Shown here: one piece after another, positions 51,013 to 60,848 of the stretch | Position numbering within the stretch: position 1 is the first letter of the stretch | Layout: each line of letters opens with the position of its first letter | NCBI GenBank assembly: GCA_963769935.1 | Contig: CAVYNY010000010.1 | Span: 256,001-320,000 of the forward strand | Length of the DNA: 64,000 nt | From: an uncultured delta proteobacterium | GTDB lineage: Bacteria; Desulfobacterota; Desulfobacteria; Desulfobacterales; JAFDCJ01 | Direction: 5' to 3' | Notes under the pieces: generated by a model | What the model was told of the DNA's origin: nothing | Seen by the model: only the letters and a program-made list of their open reading frames with translations | Databases searched by the model: none | Position numbers and translations under genes: made by a program

Positions 51013-54000
51013 TAGCGATGGCCACCTCTATGCAGCGATCGATAATGGCGTCATGGTCATCCAGCGTCAGCTCCAGGCCGCGCTTTTTCTCAATGTCAAA
51101 CAGGATATCATCAATTTCACCGCGCATTCTATTAATGGCGTCCGGGTTGGTTCGCCAGTCACGGATCTTGTGCCTGGCGATTCGGTCAACCATTTCAATC
51201 GCAATCTCGGCCCCGGTGTTTTCGCTATATGTGCCGTATGCTGCAATCCGTTCGCGAACCTGACCGAAATAGCGTCTTGCCATGTCATTTCCCACAAGTC
51301 CGGCAGGGACATCGTCATCGGTGTGGGTAACGACTTTGGTGGAGATCTCCTTGATTTTCCCGAGGGCCTCCAGAGCGTTCAACCGTCCTTGATGATAGGT
51401 CTCAATAACCTCTTCAAGAAGCCTGGAAAATTTTTGGTAAAAGGCCGGATCCTTGCCCATTTCCTGCTCAATAACGTGGCGGGTGGCAGACGCGATCATA
51501 TCGGCTTTGGCACCCTGACTCTTGCCATTCTCTTCAATTAACTGCAGGCGGTCACTTTCATTTAACAGGTTGATGGGCTCACAAAGCTGTTCCACTTCAC
51601 CGCCGCCCACATGCGTATCGATCAGCTTTTTGATTTTTGGCTCATATTCGGAAAAATCGACGACTTCCTGGTAGCGGAGCGTGACCGCCGCCCTGAGATT
51701 CTGGAAGAACTTGAGATCCTTTTTATACCTTTCAATTGTTTCCCTTTTGGTCGATCCCAAAAAGTTACTCGATGACAATGCCAATGCCAACGTACGTGCA
51801 AACAGACTGAACCGTTCATAAAACCGATTTCGCAGATCGGCATCCCGTAAATGGATTTCGTAAGCTTCAGGATCTTTGGAGCCCCTCAATTGAGTGAAGA
51901 GCTCCCAAAGGTTAGAGTGCATCTGGGGCAAACTTGCGGCCTGATCCGAAATATAGGTCACCGTCTGCTCAAGATCGATACGGTCATAATCCGCCAGTTG
52001 ACTGTAGAAATCAATGGCTTCATCCAGGCTTTCGATCACGCCGCTGTAATCTAGAATCAGGCCGTATTCTTTGCCCTCGTGCAGACGATTGACGCGGGCG
52101 ATGGCCTGCAGCAGCGTATGTTCTTTCAGTTTGCGAGCCAGATACAAAACCGTGTTGCACGGAGCATCAAAACCGGTCAGAAGTTTATCGACAACGATAA
52201 TGATCTCCGGGGTTTCTCCGTGTTTGAAGGCATTGATTAACTGCTTGTTGTATTTCTGCTCGGACCCATAGCGATCCATCATCGACTGCCAGAAATCTTT
52301 CTCCGTTTGTGACGGCCCGGTACCGGCGCTTTCGCCTTCCTGGCTGGGAAGGTGCGGAAATCAAGACCTCGGTGGAAACCAGACTGATACTCGTCCATAA
52401 ATTGCTTATAGGCAATCGCCGTATTTTTGTCCGGCGTCACCAGTTGGCCCTTTAGGCCTGTGTTCTGATAAAACATACTGTAATGAAGACCCACATCCCA
52501 GGCGATCATGCGCACTTTTTGGATCGCTTTATTGAGTTGACGCTCGGTGGAAAACTTCCTTTTCAGGTCGGCTTTCTGATCAACGGTCAAGGCCGATGGT
52601 CATTTTTTCGAACCAGCCGTCAATGGACTTTTTGTCAACTTCCTGCGGCACATGTCGGGCCTCATACAGCAGCGGCACCACGGCCCCGTCTTTAACTGCC
52701 CGTGCGATGGTATAGGCCGGCTGAAAAAGATCGCCGAACTGGGCAAAAGTATTCTTCTTTGCCGATTTGGCCAGGGGCGTGCCGGTAAAGGCAATAAAAC
52801 AGGCGCCTTTCAGGGCCAGTCGCATGCGGGCGTGCTGCTCGCTGTATTGGCTGCGATGCCCCTCATCCACGAGAACGAATGTGTTGCGATCTGCCTGCAA
52901 GCTTTTTATTTGATGTGGCCACCGCGAACTTATGAATAAGGGTCGTGATGATTTGGATTCGTTGATCCTGCAGCAATTCGACGAGATGCTTGCCGGTATT
53001 GGCCTGTTCCGGCTCCAGGCTGCAGGCGCGAAAAGTGCCGCAGATCTGATCGTCCAGATCGATCCGGTCGGTTACCAGAATGACTTTTGGGTTGGCAATT
53101 TCCGGATGCAGGGCCAAAGATTTTGCCAGCATGACCATGGTTAGCGATTTGCCGCTGCCCTGGGTATGCCAGACAACACCGCCGGGCCGGGGTCCGTCTG
53201 AATGCTCGCTTAGAACACGGTCTATGATGGAATGGACTGTAAAATACTGCTGATAGCGTGCAATCTTTTTCGTGCCGTTGTCAAACAGGATAAATTTATA
53301 GGAAAGCTCCAGCAGACGTTGGGGCCGGCACAGGGCATACAGGGCACGGTCCTGTTCGTAAATTTCGCGCCCCTGATCGAGGATCCTGCGGTATTCGTTT
53401 TTTACATCTGCAAATGGTCCGGACATCAACCGTTCCGTATCCGTAACGCTTAAAGGCATTTCCAGCATGCTGCGGATCGCCGCATCAATGCGGTCTTCCT
53501 GCCAGGCAGCCCAGAACTGCCGCCGCGTGCCGGTAGTGCCGTAGCGGGCCTTGTCCCGCGCCAGCGCCAGCAAAAGCTGGCTGTATAAAAATAGCTGGGG
53601 GATGCCGTCCCGGTCCTGGTAATCGGATAGCTGGTCAATGGCAAGATCAATCGGCTTCTTTTTAACCTGGGTATAGGCAGACCGTTTGCACTCAATCACC
53701 ACCAGCGGGATGCCGTTTACAAACAGGACAATATCCGGGATGTAATGCTTGTCATACCCGACCCGCTCGACCTTGAACTCCGCCGTGCAATGATAGGAAT
53801 TGTTTGCCGGATTTTTCCAATCGATATAGTCGATGGTAAAACTCTTGGTATCGCCTTCCACGGTCTGAGGCACACTGGTACCTAGACAGAGCAGATCATA
53901 GAGTTGTTCGTTCTCGTGCAGCGCACCGGTGGCCCGGAAATTTTTGATTGCCTGCAGCGCGTTCTGGATGGCATTTTCAGTAAAAGGGTGGACGGCCCCT

Positions 54001-54221
54001 TTGAACAGGTAGCGGCAATGATTCCGGATGTGGTCGATCAGGATCGGCTCTAAAACAACGGCGCCCAACCGTCCGTTGCGCAGCTTGACGGTCTCCTCCG
54101 GGGCCAGGTACTGCCAGCCCATCTGCATCAACAGGTGCAAAGCCGGCAGCTGGGACTGAACCTTTTCCAGGTAGCTGGGCAGATCGTACTCGGATGCGCC
54201 GAATGGGGTTTGGTTTTCCAT
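51002..54221 (-). CDS. hsdR: Type I restriction endonuclease R subunit, split into four or more frames
   Basis: PDIVLFVNGIPLVVIECK, WHTQGSGKS, VTDR, DEGHRSQY, FTGTP, LLTGFDAP and LLQAIARVNR motifs spread over consecutive ORFs. Confidence 0.9.
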
Positions 54222-54238
54222 GGAGTACTCCTCTTACG

Positions 54239-54266
54239 AACCACGAAATACAGGAAATATACGAAA
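54239..54266. repeat. CACGAA-family tandem array (single arm)
   Basis: aaccacgaaatacaggaaatatacgaaa. Confidence 0.65.
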
Positions 54267-54290
54267 GATAAATGTTATAAAGAAAAACGG

Positions 54291-54932
54291 TTATTTCCTT
54301 GCTTTTGAAAGTTCCTTCAGTACTGCCTGTCCAGTTTTGGTAAGTCTATACTTCTGTAGGCTGCTTTTCGGTTTGTCTGGACGCGTCATTTCTAAAAATT
54401 CGGCCATTATAGCCGGCAGAAGGTATGTTTTGCGGAAATGTTCAGCGTCTTTCAAATTGAGCATTTCCTGAAGTTCCTTACGGGAATGCTCGCCGGTTAT
54501 TACTTTTAAAAGCTTTTCGACTTCCGGGGTGACTTCCGGGGTGACTTCCTCAATCGCCCTCTGATTCATGGAATCTACGAAGGCATGATGGACAGGAAAT
54601 TCAACTAGAAAAAAGGTTCGATCATCATCGGTATAAAATATCGGCTCAGGAGATTCGTTTTTCTTAATCTCCCGTAAAATTTTCGGGATGCCGGTTCCGC
54701 GGCCCTCGGTCATTTCAAGTTCTTTTAAAAATTCGCCCACCCGCCGGTTGCGATAACGGCGTGAAAGAAAACGAAATTTCCGCATATCTTGATCGCGGAT
54801 GGAACGGTCCGGGCCGGGAAAGCTGCAGATTGTCAGGGAATCCTGCAATATGCGCACTTCAACGGGTTCCCGTATTTCATAGGATCGGTGGTACACCGCA
54901 TTGCACAACGCCTCCTCTATAGCGGCAAGAGG
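54291..54932 (-). pseudogene. C-terminal part of an ATP-binding protein (HATPase-like / RecG-C-like domain plus HTH); N-terminus missing
   Basis: PLAAIEEALCNAVYHRSY, RYRNRRVGEFLKEL..TEGRGTGIP, EVTPEVTPEV and RKTYLLPA...PDKPKS..QKYRLT motifs. Confidence 0.72.
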
Positions 54933-55730
54933 AGTCCTTACGTTCGATTTCCGATGCGGGTATGATGCCTTGTTTCCCTGTGATTGCCAATAGTGGCAGA
55001 TGATTGAAACATGTCTCCTTTCTTTCGTTAAACAGTTCTCCCATAGAATATTCTTTCCAATCCTCATTGAATCCCGGTAATCTTTTTTTGCCTGTGAGCA
55101 GTTGCTGCATGAGGGCTTTCTTCAGGCGTTTTTTGGCATCGATGAGCTTGTGTGTCTGCTCGATGGCGGTGTCCCAGGTGCAAAGTATTTCGGCGATTTT
55201 TTTTGTTCTTGTAATGGAGGAAGAGGAATCTGAAGAGAACCGAATCGACTTACACCCAGATGAGCTATTGATGTTGTCTGAGAAGCAATTCGGGCGAAAA
55301 CACCTGTTTTTTGGAAGAAGGTAAAAAGGATCAATGCAAAATCAGGTAAAATCGATCCATTAGAACGAAATCTGATAAGTGTGTTTTGAAAGCAGCAATC
55401 CTTTGGCACTTCGCGATAGAGAGCATGACGTCCTACTAATTCGAGACTCTGTCCTTCATTTAATAATATGTCGCTTAACCGAAGACGATACCTATTATAT
55501 TCAGCTTCTGTAAATTTCATTTCTAAAACATCGGATGCATCAATATATCCCTCAAAAATATTGGCCACTCGAAGATAAGGTCGGAGATCACCTTTTGTAA
55601 AATGCGGTGAACGTTGACGACCAGCTTGAACCTGTCCGATATCTTTGATTCGAGGCGTCTCCCATTCCTTAGGCAACCACCTGAATTTATTTGTTTTTAA
55701 CCCAGATCTACTTTTATACCGGTCTGTCAC
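54930..55730 (-). pseudogene. hsdS: Type I R-M specificity subunit; frameshift near 55200 and second TRD truncated
   Basis: LPKEWE, IPLPPLQEQKK(IAEIL) and KALMQQLLTGKKRLPGF conserved regions; TRD2 stops at RKDSS. Confidence 0.82.
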
Positions 55731-55746
55731 ACTTTCACCTTTGTTT

Positions 55747-55814
55747 AACCAGGATTTACACGAGAGACACGAACTTACAATAATACTTTTTGCCTTTTAA
55801 CGTGGTGCGTGATT
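55747..55814. repeat. CACGAA-family inverted array (degenerate) between hsdS and rhuM
   Basis: aaccaggatttacacgagagacacgaa ... cgtggtgcgtgatt. Confidence 0.55.
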
Positions 55815-56848
55815 TACTTTTTCCGCGGTTTTCGTTTCTCTTCTATCTTTTTAGCTTCCTCAATGGCCTCCCTAAAATGAACCTCGACCAATGAGTGTTC
55901 TTCAAGCATTTGCTTACGGTATATCGTATATTCGGTGTGGGCGATTTTCATCGCCTCATCACGGCTGATTTTGCCAGCGTGAGTCAGGATATCCCGATCG
56001 CTGATCTTCAGGAAATCGTCCAGCTTGGTGATCCAATCGCGCATGTACATCGGTTTACGATTGAGAGCCTGCAATTCGGCAAAATCCAGATACATGGTTA
56101 CGATCCGGTTTAATGTGTCCAGCTCATCATGGTTCAAATAGTTCTTAGCGATCTCGGTATCTTCCCTGGATGGTTTGGCTCCAGTCCAGGATGTCAGGCC
56201 CATATTCGGCTGGCCGGCATCCGCTCGGGCGGCAACAATTTCCGCGGCCGTATGGCCGTGGGTAGCCCAATGCATCTTATTCTGAACTATGGAAAAAAAC
56301 TCCCGTGAAAAATCAGTAGCGGGATCATAGTCGATGCTGGTGGCATAGATATCCAGGACCTTGCGCCAGAAAACCTTTTCCGAGGCGCGGATGTCCCGTA
56401 TGCGGGCGAGCAGCTCGTCAAAATAATTCCCACCGCCCGCCTGTTTTAGCCGCTCATCATCCAGCGTAAAGCCTTTGACAATATACTCGCGCAAACGTTT
56501 TGTAGCCCAAATACGGAATTGGGTGCCGCGATGGGATTTTACTCTGTATCCAACTGAAATAATCACATCCAAATTATAGAAAGTAATTGCACGAGTAACC
56601 TGCCTGGCGCCTTCGGTTTGAACAATCCGGAAATTCCGGATAGTTGACTTATGTTCGAGTTCACCTTCAGAATAAATAGTCTTGATATGTTCGTTGATCG
56701 TACGTACATCTTTTTGGAAAAGCTCCGCCATAAGTTTCTGGCTCAGCCATACGGTTTCATCCTCTAACCTCACATCGATACGGGTTGTGCCATCTTCGGT
56801 TTGATAAATAAGGAATTCAGAGTGTTTCTCCAGCGTGTTATTGTCCAT
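55814..56848 (-). CDS. Virulence RhuM-family protein
   Basis: ETVWLSQKLMAELF, YNLDVIISVGYRVKS..GTQFRIWA, IRDIRASEK and AKNYL motifs. Confidence 0.9.
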   Translation of the reverse strand: MDNNTLEKHSEFLIYQTEDGTTRIDVRLEDETVWLSQKLMAELFQKDVRTINEHIKTIYSEGELEHKSTIRNFRIVQTEGARQVTRAITFYNLDVIISVGYRVKSHRGTQFRIWATKRLREYIVKGFTLDDERLKQAGGGNYFDELLARIRDIRASEKVFWRKVLDIYATSIDYDPATDFSREFFSIVQNKMHWATHGHTAAEIVAARADAGQPNMGLTSWTGAKPSREDTEIAKNYLNHDELDTLNRIVTMYLDFAELQALNRKPMYMRDWITKLDDFLKISDRDILTHAGKISRDEAMKIAHTEYTIYRKQMLEEHSLVEVHFREAIEEAKKIEEKRKPRKK

Positions 56849-56865
56849 ATATCAATCTTTCAATT

Positions 56866-56944
56866 AACCACGAAACCACACGAAAGGAACGGACAGAACT
56901 AAAAATATTATTTTATTTTAGTGTATTTCGTGTATTTCGTGGTT
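56866..56944. repeat. CACGAA-family inverted tandem array between rhuM and hsdM
   Basis: aaccacgaaaccacacgaaa ... tttagtgtatttcgtgtatttcgtggtt. Confidence 0.8.
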
Positions 56945-58443
56945 CAGAAGCCCAGTTCCTTCAGATACGCATTCATCTTGGCCTGCGTCTCGGCCAGTTC
57001 GGCCTCAAGCTGCTCGATTTCCTTTTGGGTAGCGGCAATATCGATTTCCGGCTCCGGTTCAAACGTGTCCACATAGCGCGGGATATTCAGATTGAATTCA
57101 TTTTTTGCTATTTCTCTAAAAGAAGCAGGGTAAGCGTACTTTTCGACCTCCTGCCTTTTGCGATAGGTCGTTACGATCTTTTCGGTATCCTGCGGCCGCA
57201 GCCTGTTCTGATTGGTGCGCTGCTCGAATTCACGGCTGGCATCGATAAAAAGTATGTCTTTGCCGGGATTGCGGGATTTGTCGAAAATCATCAGGGCGGC
57301 CGGAATTCCGGTACCGAAAAACAAATTGGCAGGAATACCGATCACGGCGTCCAAAAGGTTTTCCCGGATTACGGCTTCTCGAATTTTACCTTCCTGGCCG
57401 CCGCGAAAAAGCACCCCGTGGGGGACGACAACCCCGACCCGACCCGTGCCCTCAACCGCCGTGGCCAGCATGTGGCTGATAAAGGCCCAGTCGCCCTTGC
57501 TCTTGGGTGGGATACCGCGCTGGAAACGGGCGTACCGATCTTCGGCAGCCATTTCCTGTCCCCACTTGTCAAGGGAAAAGGGCGGATTGGCAATCACGAT
57601 ATCGAATTTCATCAGGGCATCGTCTTCAATTAATTGCGGGTGCCGGATGGTGTCTTCCCATTCAATGCGGGCGGAGTCCACCTCGTGCAAAAACATGTTC
57701 ATTTTACACAGGGCCCAGGTGCTGCCGTTCATTTCCTGGCCGTAAAGGGCAAAATCATTTGTTCCAACCTGCTTGCCGGCCCGGATTAGAAGCGAGCCCG
57801 AGCCGCAGGCCGGATCGCAGATGCGGTCTCCTTTTTGCGGTGCCACCAACCGGGCCAGGGTCTCGGAGACCTCCGCCGGGGTATAAAACTCTCCGGCTTT
57901 TTTGCCGGCACTGGCAGCAAATTTTTCGATCAGATATTCATAGACATCCCCGATAATGTCCATATCGCCATTGTTGTCCGGTTTCAAATCCAGGGCCGCA
58001 AAATCTTCCAGCAGATTTTTGAGGCGATTGTTGCGCTGGCGCGTCTGGCCCAGGTTGGCTTCGCTGTTGAAATCGATGTTGCGAAACACGTTGTGCAGCT
58101 TGGTCTTGTTGGCATCTTCAATACCTTCGAGAACCGTGTTGATCGTCTGCCCGATATCGCTGTCGTTTCGGTGAGCATAAAGATGGTCAAAAGATGCATT
58201 TTCGCCGACGATAAATCGCTCACGTGCCATGGCTCGCTCGACTCGCAGTTTGTCCCCGCCGTATTTTTTATCATAGTCGGCCAGTTTGTGTTTTCTGATA
58301 TCACTGAGATATTTCACGAACAGCATGGTCAGGATATAGTCTTTATACATGGCAGGATCGATGACCCCGCGGAAAGTATCGCAGGCCCGCCAGACCGCAT
58401 TGAAAATCTCAGACTTTCTCTGTTGTTGATTCATTTCTATCAT
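56944..58443 (-). CDS. hsdM: Type I R-M methyltransferase subunit
   Basis: GEFYTP, DPACGSGSLL, NPPF (m6A), PHGVLFRG and NLNIPRYVD motifs. Confidence 0.96.
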   Translation of the reverse strand: MIEMNQQQRKSEIFNAVWRACDTFRGVIDPAMYKDYILTMLFVKYLSDIRKHKLADYDKKYGGDKLRVERAMARERFIVGENASFDHLYAHRNDSDIGQTINTVLEGIEDANKTKLHNVFRNIDFNSEANLGQTRQRNNRLKNLLEDFAALDLKPDNNGDMDIIGDVYEYLIEKFAASAGKKAGEFYTPAEVSETLARLVAPQKGDRICDPACGSGSLLIRAGKQVGTNDFALYGQEMNGSTWALCKMNMFLHEVDSARIEWEDTIRHPQLIEDDALMKFDIVIANPPFSLDKWGQEMAAEDRYARFQRGIPPKSKGDWAFISHMLATAVEGTGRVGVVVPHGVLFRGGQEGKIREAVIRENLLDAVIGIPANLFFGTGIPAALMIFDKSRNPGKDILFIDASREFEQRTNQNRLRPQDTEKIVTTYRKRQEVEKYAYPASFREIAKNEFNLNIPRYVDTFEPEPEIDIAATQKEIEQLEAELAETQAKMNAYLKELGF

Positions 58444-58449
58444 CCTCTT

Positions 58450-59028
58450 TTATCTGCTTTCCTGAATTGATTTGAGACAAATTTCAGTCATCAGGTATTT
58501 TCGCTTTTCAGCCAGCTTTTCATACAAGTCCTGCTCTTTCATCATCAGGGCAGTTAAATCTGCAACCCGCATTTGAACCTGAACCGGAGGGAGTGGAATA
58601 TCGATACTTTCCAGGACCGTCCGCCTGACTACCGGCATGTGAACCGCCCGGCCGCTCAATCGTTTCAAGTATTTCTCAACCGGTGACTGGTTGAGATACC
58701 ACCACAAATATTCGGGCAAAGCCTCAGACTTCGATACCCGAACAATAAAAAAACAGGCAGCGGCCAAAACGCTATCCGGTACCTTGTTAATTAATAATGA
58801 ATAGTTCCGAACACCCCGGGCCATAAATAAAATGTCACCAGGCTCTAGAAACCAGTCTTTTCCGGACAACTTTGGATCGAACCGAACCAAAGCATCTGTG
58901 CGATAGGAAAGTTTATCCGCATCAACATCCTTTGCCTGCATCAGGAGACAAGGTCCAGTGTCAATGGGTTCGATCTTCCCGCGATTGATATATCCGCTTT
59001 GGATTTTTGCAATCTTTTTGAGTTTCAT
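58450..59028 (-). CDS. Small single-TRD HsdS-like protein
   Basis: MKLKKIAKIQSG, LEPGDILFMARG, PEYLWWYLN and IPLPPVQVQ motifs. Confidence 0.78.
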   Translation of the reverse strand: MKLKKIAKIQSGYINRGKIEPIDTGPCLLMQAKDVDADKLSYRTDALVRFDPKLSGKDWFLEPGDILFMARGVRNYSLLINKVPDSVLAAACFFIVRVSKSEALPEYLWWYLNQSPVEKYLKRLSGRAVHMPVVRRTVLESIDIPLPPVQVQMRVADLTALMMKEQDLYEKLAEKRKYLMTEICLKSIQESR

Positions 59029-59091
59029 ATTAATTTTTGCTATCACAGTATACATAAAACTGCAATAATATTTTAAAAATACCATAGAATT

Positions 59092-59170
59092 TTTTGCAAT
59101 ATATTAAAATCTGCAAAATTTTTCTTGACATATGAATGATTATAATTGCAATATAAAATATCTTGCAATT
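59092..59170. promoter_or_regulatory. Two palindromic operator-like sites, TTGCAA-N11-(T/C)TGCAA, in the divergent promoter region
   Basis: TTTTGCAA-N11-CTGCAAAA (59092-59118) and AATTGCAA-N11-TTGCAATT (59144-59170), with TTGACA between them. Confidence 0.55.
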
Positions 59171-59198
59171 AATATTTCAGAAAAGGCAAAAGATTATC

Positions 59199-59954
59199 AT
59201 GCAGAATATCAACCTCCCTACCAACATCGTTGCCGACGACCGCGAACGCAAAAGCGACGTAATTGAATCCCTCTTGGAAATCGAGAATGTTAAAGTGGAT
59301 ATTAAGCGACTTTCTATCGGCGATTATCAGATTAACAATCGCGTGATTGTAGAAAGAAAGACATTAAAGGATTTTGCAATATCGATAATTGACGGAAGGC
59401 TTTTTAAGCAAATGATTTACCTGGCAAATTCCAAGGCTGAAGGTGTATTGATTCTGGAGGGTACGACCGGCGATACTGTCGATATCGGAATGACAAGGGA
59501 AGCCATGCAGGGAGCGCTGATTACAGTTTCCTTGATAATGGGTATACCGGTCCTGCGATCCGGGAACCCTGCTGAAACGGCTAAATTAATTATCTTTATC
59601 GCCCGCCAGATAGATTCGATGGCCAGCGGCGGGGTGCAGCGGCACGGCTATCAGCCTAAAGGATTGCGCTACAGACAACGTTATATTTTGCAGGGATTGC
59701 CTAAAGTCGGTCGTGAGAGGGCAGATCGACTTCTGGATCGTTTTGGCAGTGTTGAGGCCGTCATTTCTGCCGGCATTGACGATTTGCAAACCGTAGACGG
59801 TATCGGAAAAAACATTGCCGAAAAGATCAAATGGGCGGTAAGCGAACGTGTGCCCCCAAGTTCTAACAAGTCATTTGAATCTGAGCCGAGTTCAGTAGAA
59901 ACAGTATCAATAGGAGGCGCAACCCATTATTGCCGATACTTCACAGGAGCATAA
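59199..59954 (+). CDS. ERCC4/XPF-domain nuclease with helix-hairpin-helix domain
   Basis: DDRE, GDY, VERKT..DF..SIIDGRL and LEG motifs; HhH motifs GLPKVG and VDGIG. Confidence 0.88.
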   Translation: MQNINLPTNIVADDRERKSDVIESLLEIENVKVDIKRLSIGDYQINNRVIVERKTLKDFAISIIDGRLFKQMIYLANSKAEGVLILEGTTGDTVDIGMTREAMQGALITVSLIMGIPVLRSGNPAETAKLIIFIARQIDSMASGGVQRHGYQPKGLRYRQRYILQGLPKVGRERADRLLDRFGSVEAVISAGIDDLQTVDGIGKNIAEKIKWAVSERVPPSSNKSFESEPSSVETVSIGGATHYCRYFTGA

Positions 59955-59956
59955 TT

Positions 59957-60778
59957 ATGAATCAATCTGACGGTTTCATCGATCCTCACGGTGGGTTTCG
60001 AGAACTCAAGTCGTATCAAATGTCGGAAATTGTCTATGACGCCACCGCGGCGTTCTGCGACCGCTGGATCAGCCGCCGCTCCCGCACCCATGATCAAATG
60101 GTGCAGGCCGCCCGCAGCGGCAAGCAGAATATTGCCGAGGGCAGCATGGCCTCCGGCACATCCAAAAAGACTGAAGATGCCTCAATGTTGCAAAAGCCGG
60201 AGGGCTTCAGAGTCAAGGCGCCAAGGGTGAAGCTGTAGTTGTCTACCGCAATCCCTTGACAACGCAGAATCTGAAGTCCTCCTGGTTTCCCGCAGGGTAA
60301 ACAACATGGCAAAATCGACACTATCCATTGAATTTACTGGTCGGAAATTATGCAGGAAATGGTTCCTATGAATCAAGTCGGTTTTAATAACAAGACATTA
60401 ACTATTCTTTGCCATGTTGTTTATGCAACTTTGGGGCTGAAACTGGTCGGAGTGGCGCGCGCCAGTCTGGAAGAACTGCTGCTCGACTACCAGGATTTTC
60501 TGCGGCAGCGCAACCTGCCCATCTGGGGGAAAAACCACCCGCAAGCGCAAAAGATCAGAAGACTCGCCTTTCTGAAAAATAGGTCCTATACGACCTATAG
60601 GACCTATATTGAAGGCTCCTCCCCCGAAGTTGCCGCCAATGTGATGCTCTGTCTGATTCATCAGACCAACTTTTTACTGGATCAACAATTGCGGCAATTG
60701 GAAAAAAAATTTCTTGAAGAAGGCGGTTTCACCGAAAAACTTTATCTCACAAGGGTGAGGGCGAGACGCCGATTCTGA
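59957..60778 (+). pseudogene. Four-helix-bundle (23S rRNA IVS-like, suffix-domain) protein gene interrupted by a 261-bp insertion
   Basis: HGGFRELKSY...DQMVQAARSGKQNIAEGS.ASGTSKKTE | LKLVGVARASLEELLLDYQDFLRQR...FLEEGGFTE; the halves are in the same frame. Confidence 0.88.
60176..60436. mobile_element. 261-bp structured non-coding insertion (MITE-like)
   Basis: Removing it restores the host reading frame; terminal and internal inverted repeats present. Confidence 0.78.
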
Positions 60779-60848
60779 AAAATTACCCGGCCGCTTGCAA
60801 ATCTGGGATCAATCCTTTAATTGTGAGAAAAGTTTAGGAGGTCACGCC

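Noticed and set aside
59125..59146. TTGACA and TATAAT as a sigma70 promoter
   Set aside because: Spacing is only 10 nt
60176..60436. Group I or group II intron
   Set aside because: No GUGYG 5' end, domain V or recognisable group I core; not formally excluded without a covariance search
60171..60441. CTGAA direct repeats as a 5-bp target-site duplication
   Set aside because: Removing one copy shifts the frame; both are needed for the native KTE-LKL sequence
59957..60778. Diversity-generating retroelement (four-helix bundle resembles Avd)
   Set aside because: No reverse transcriptase and no template/variable repeat pair seen
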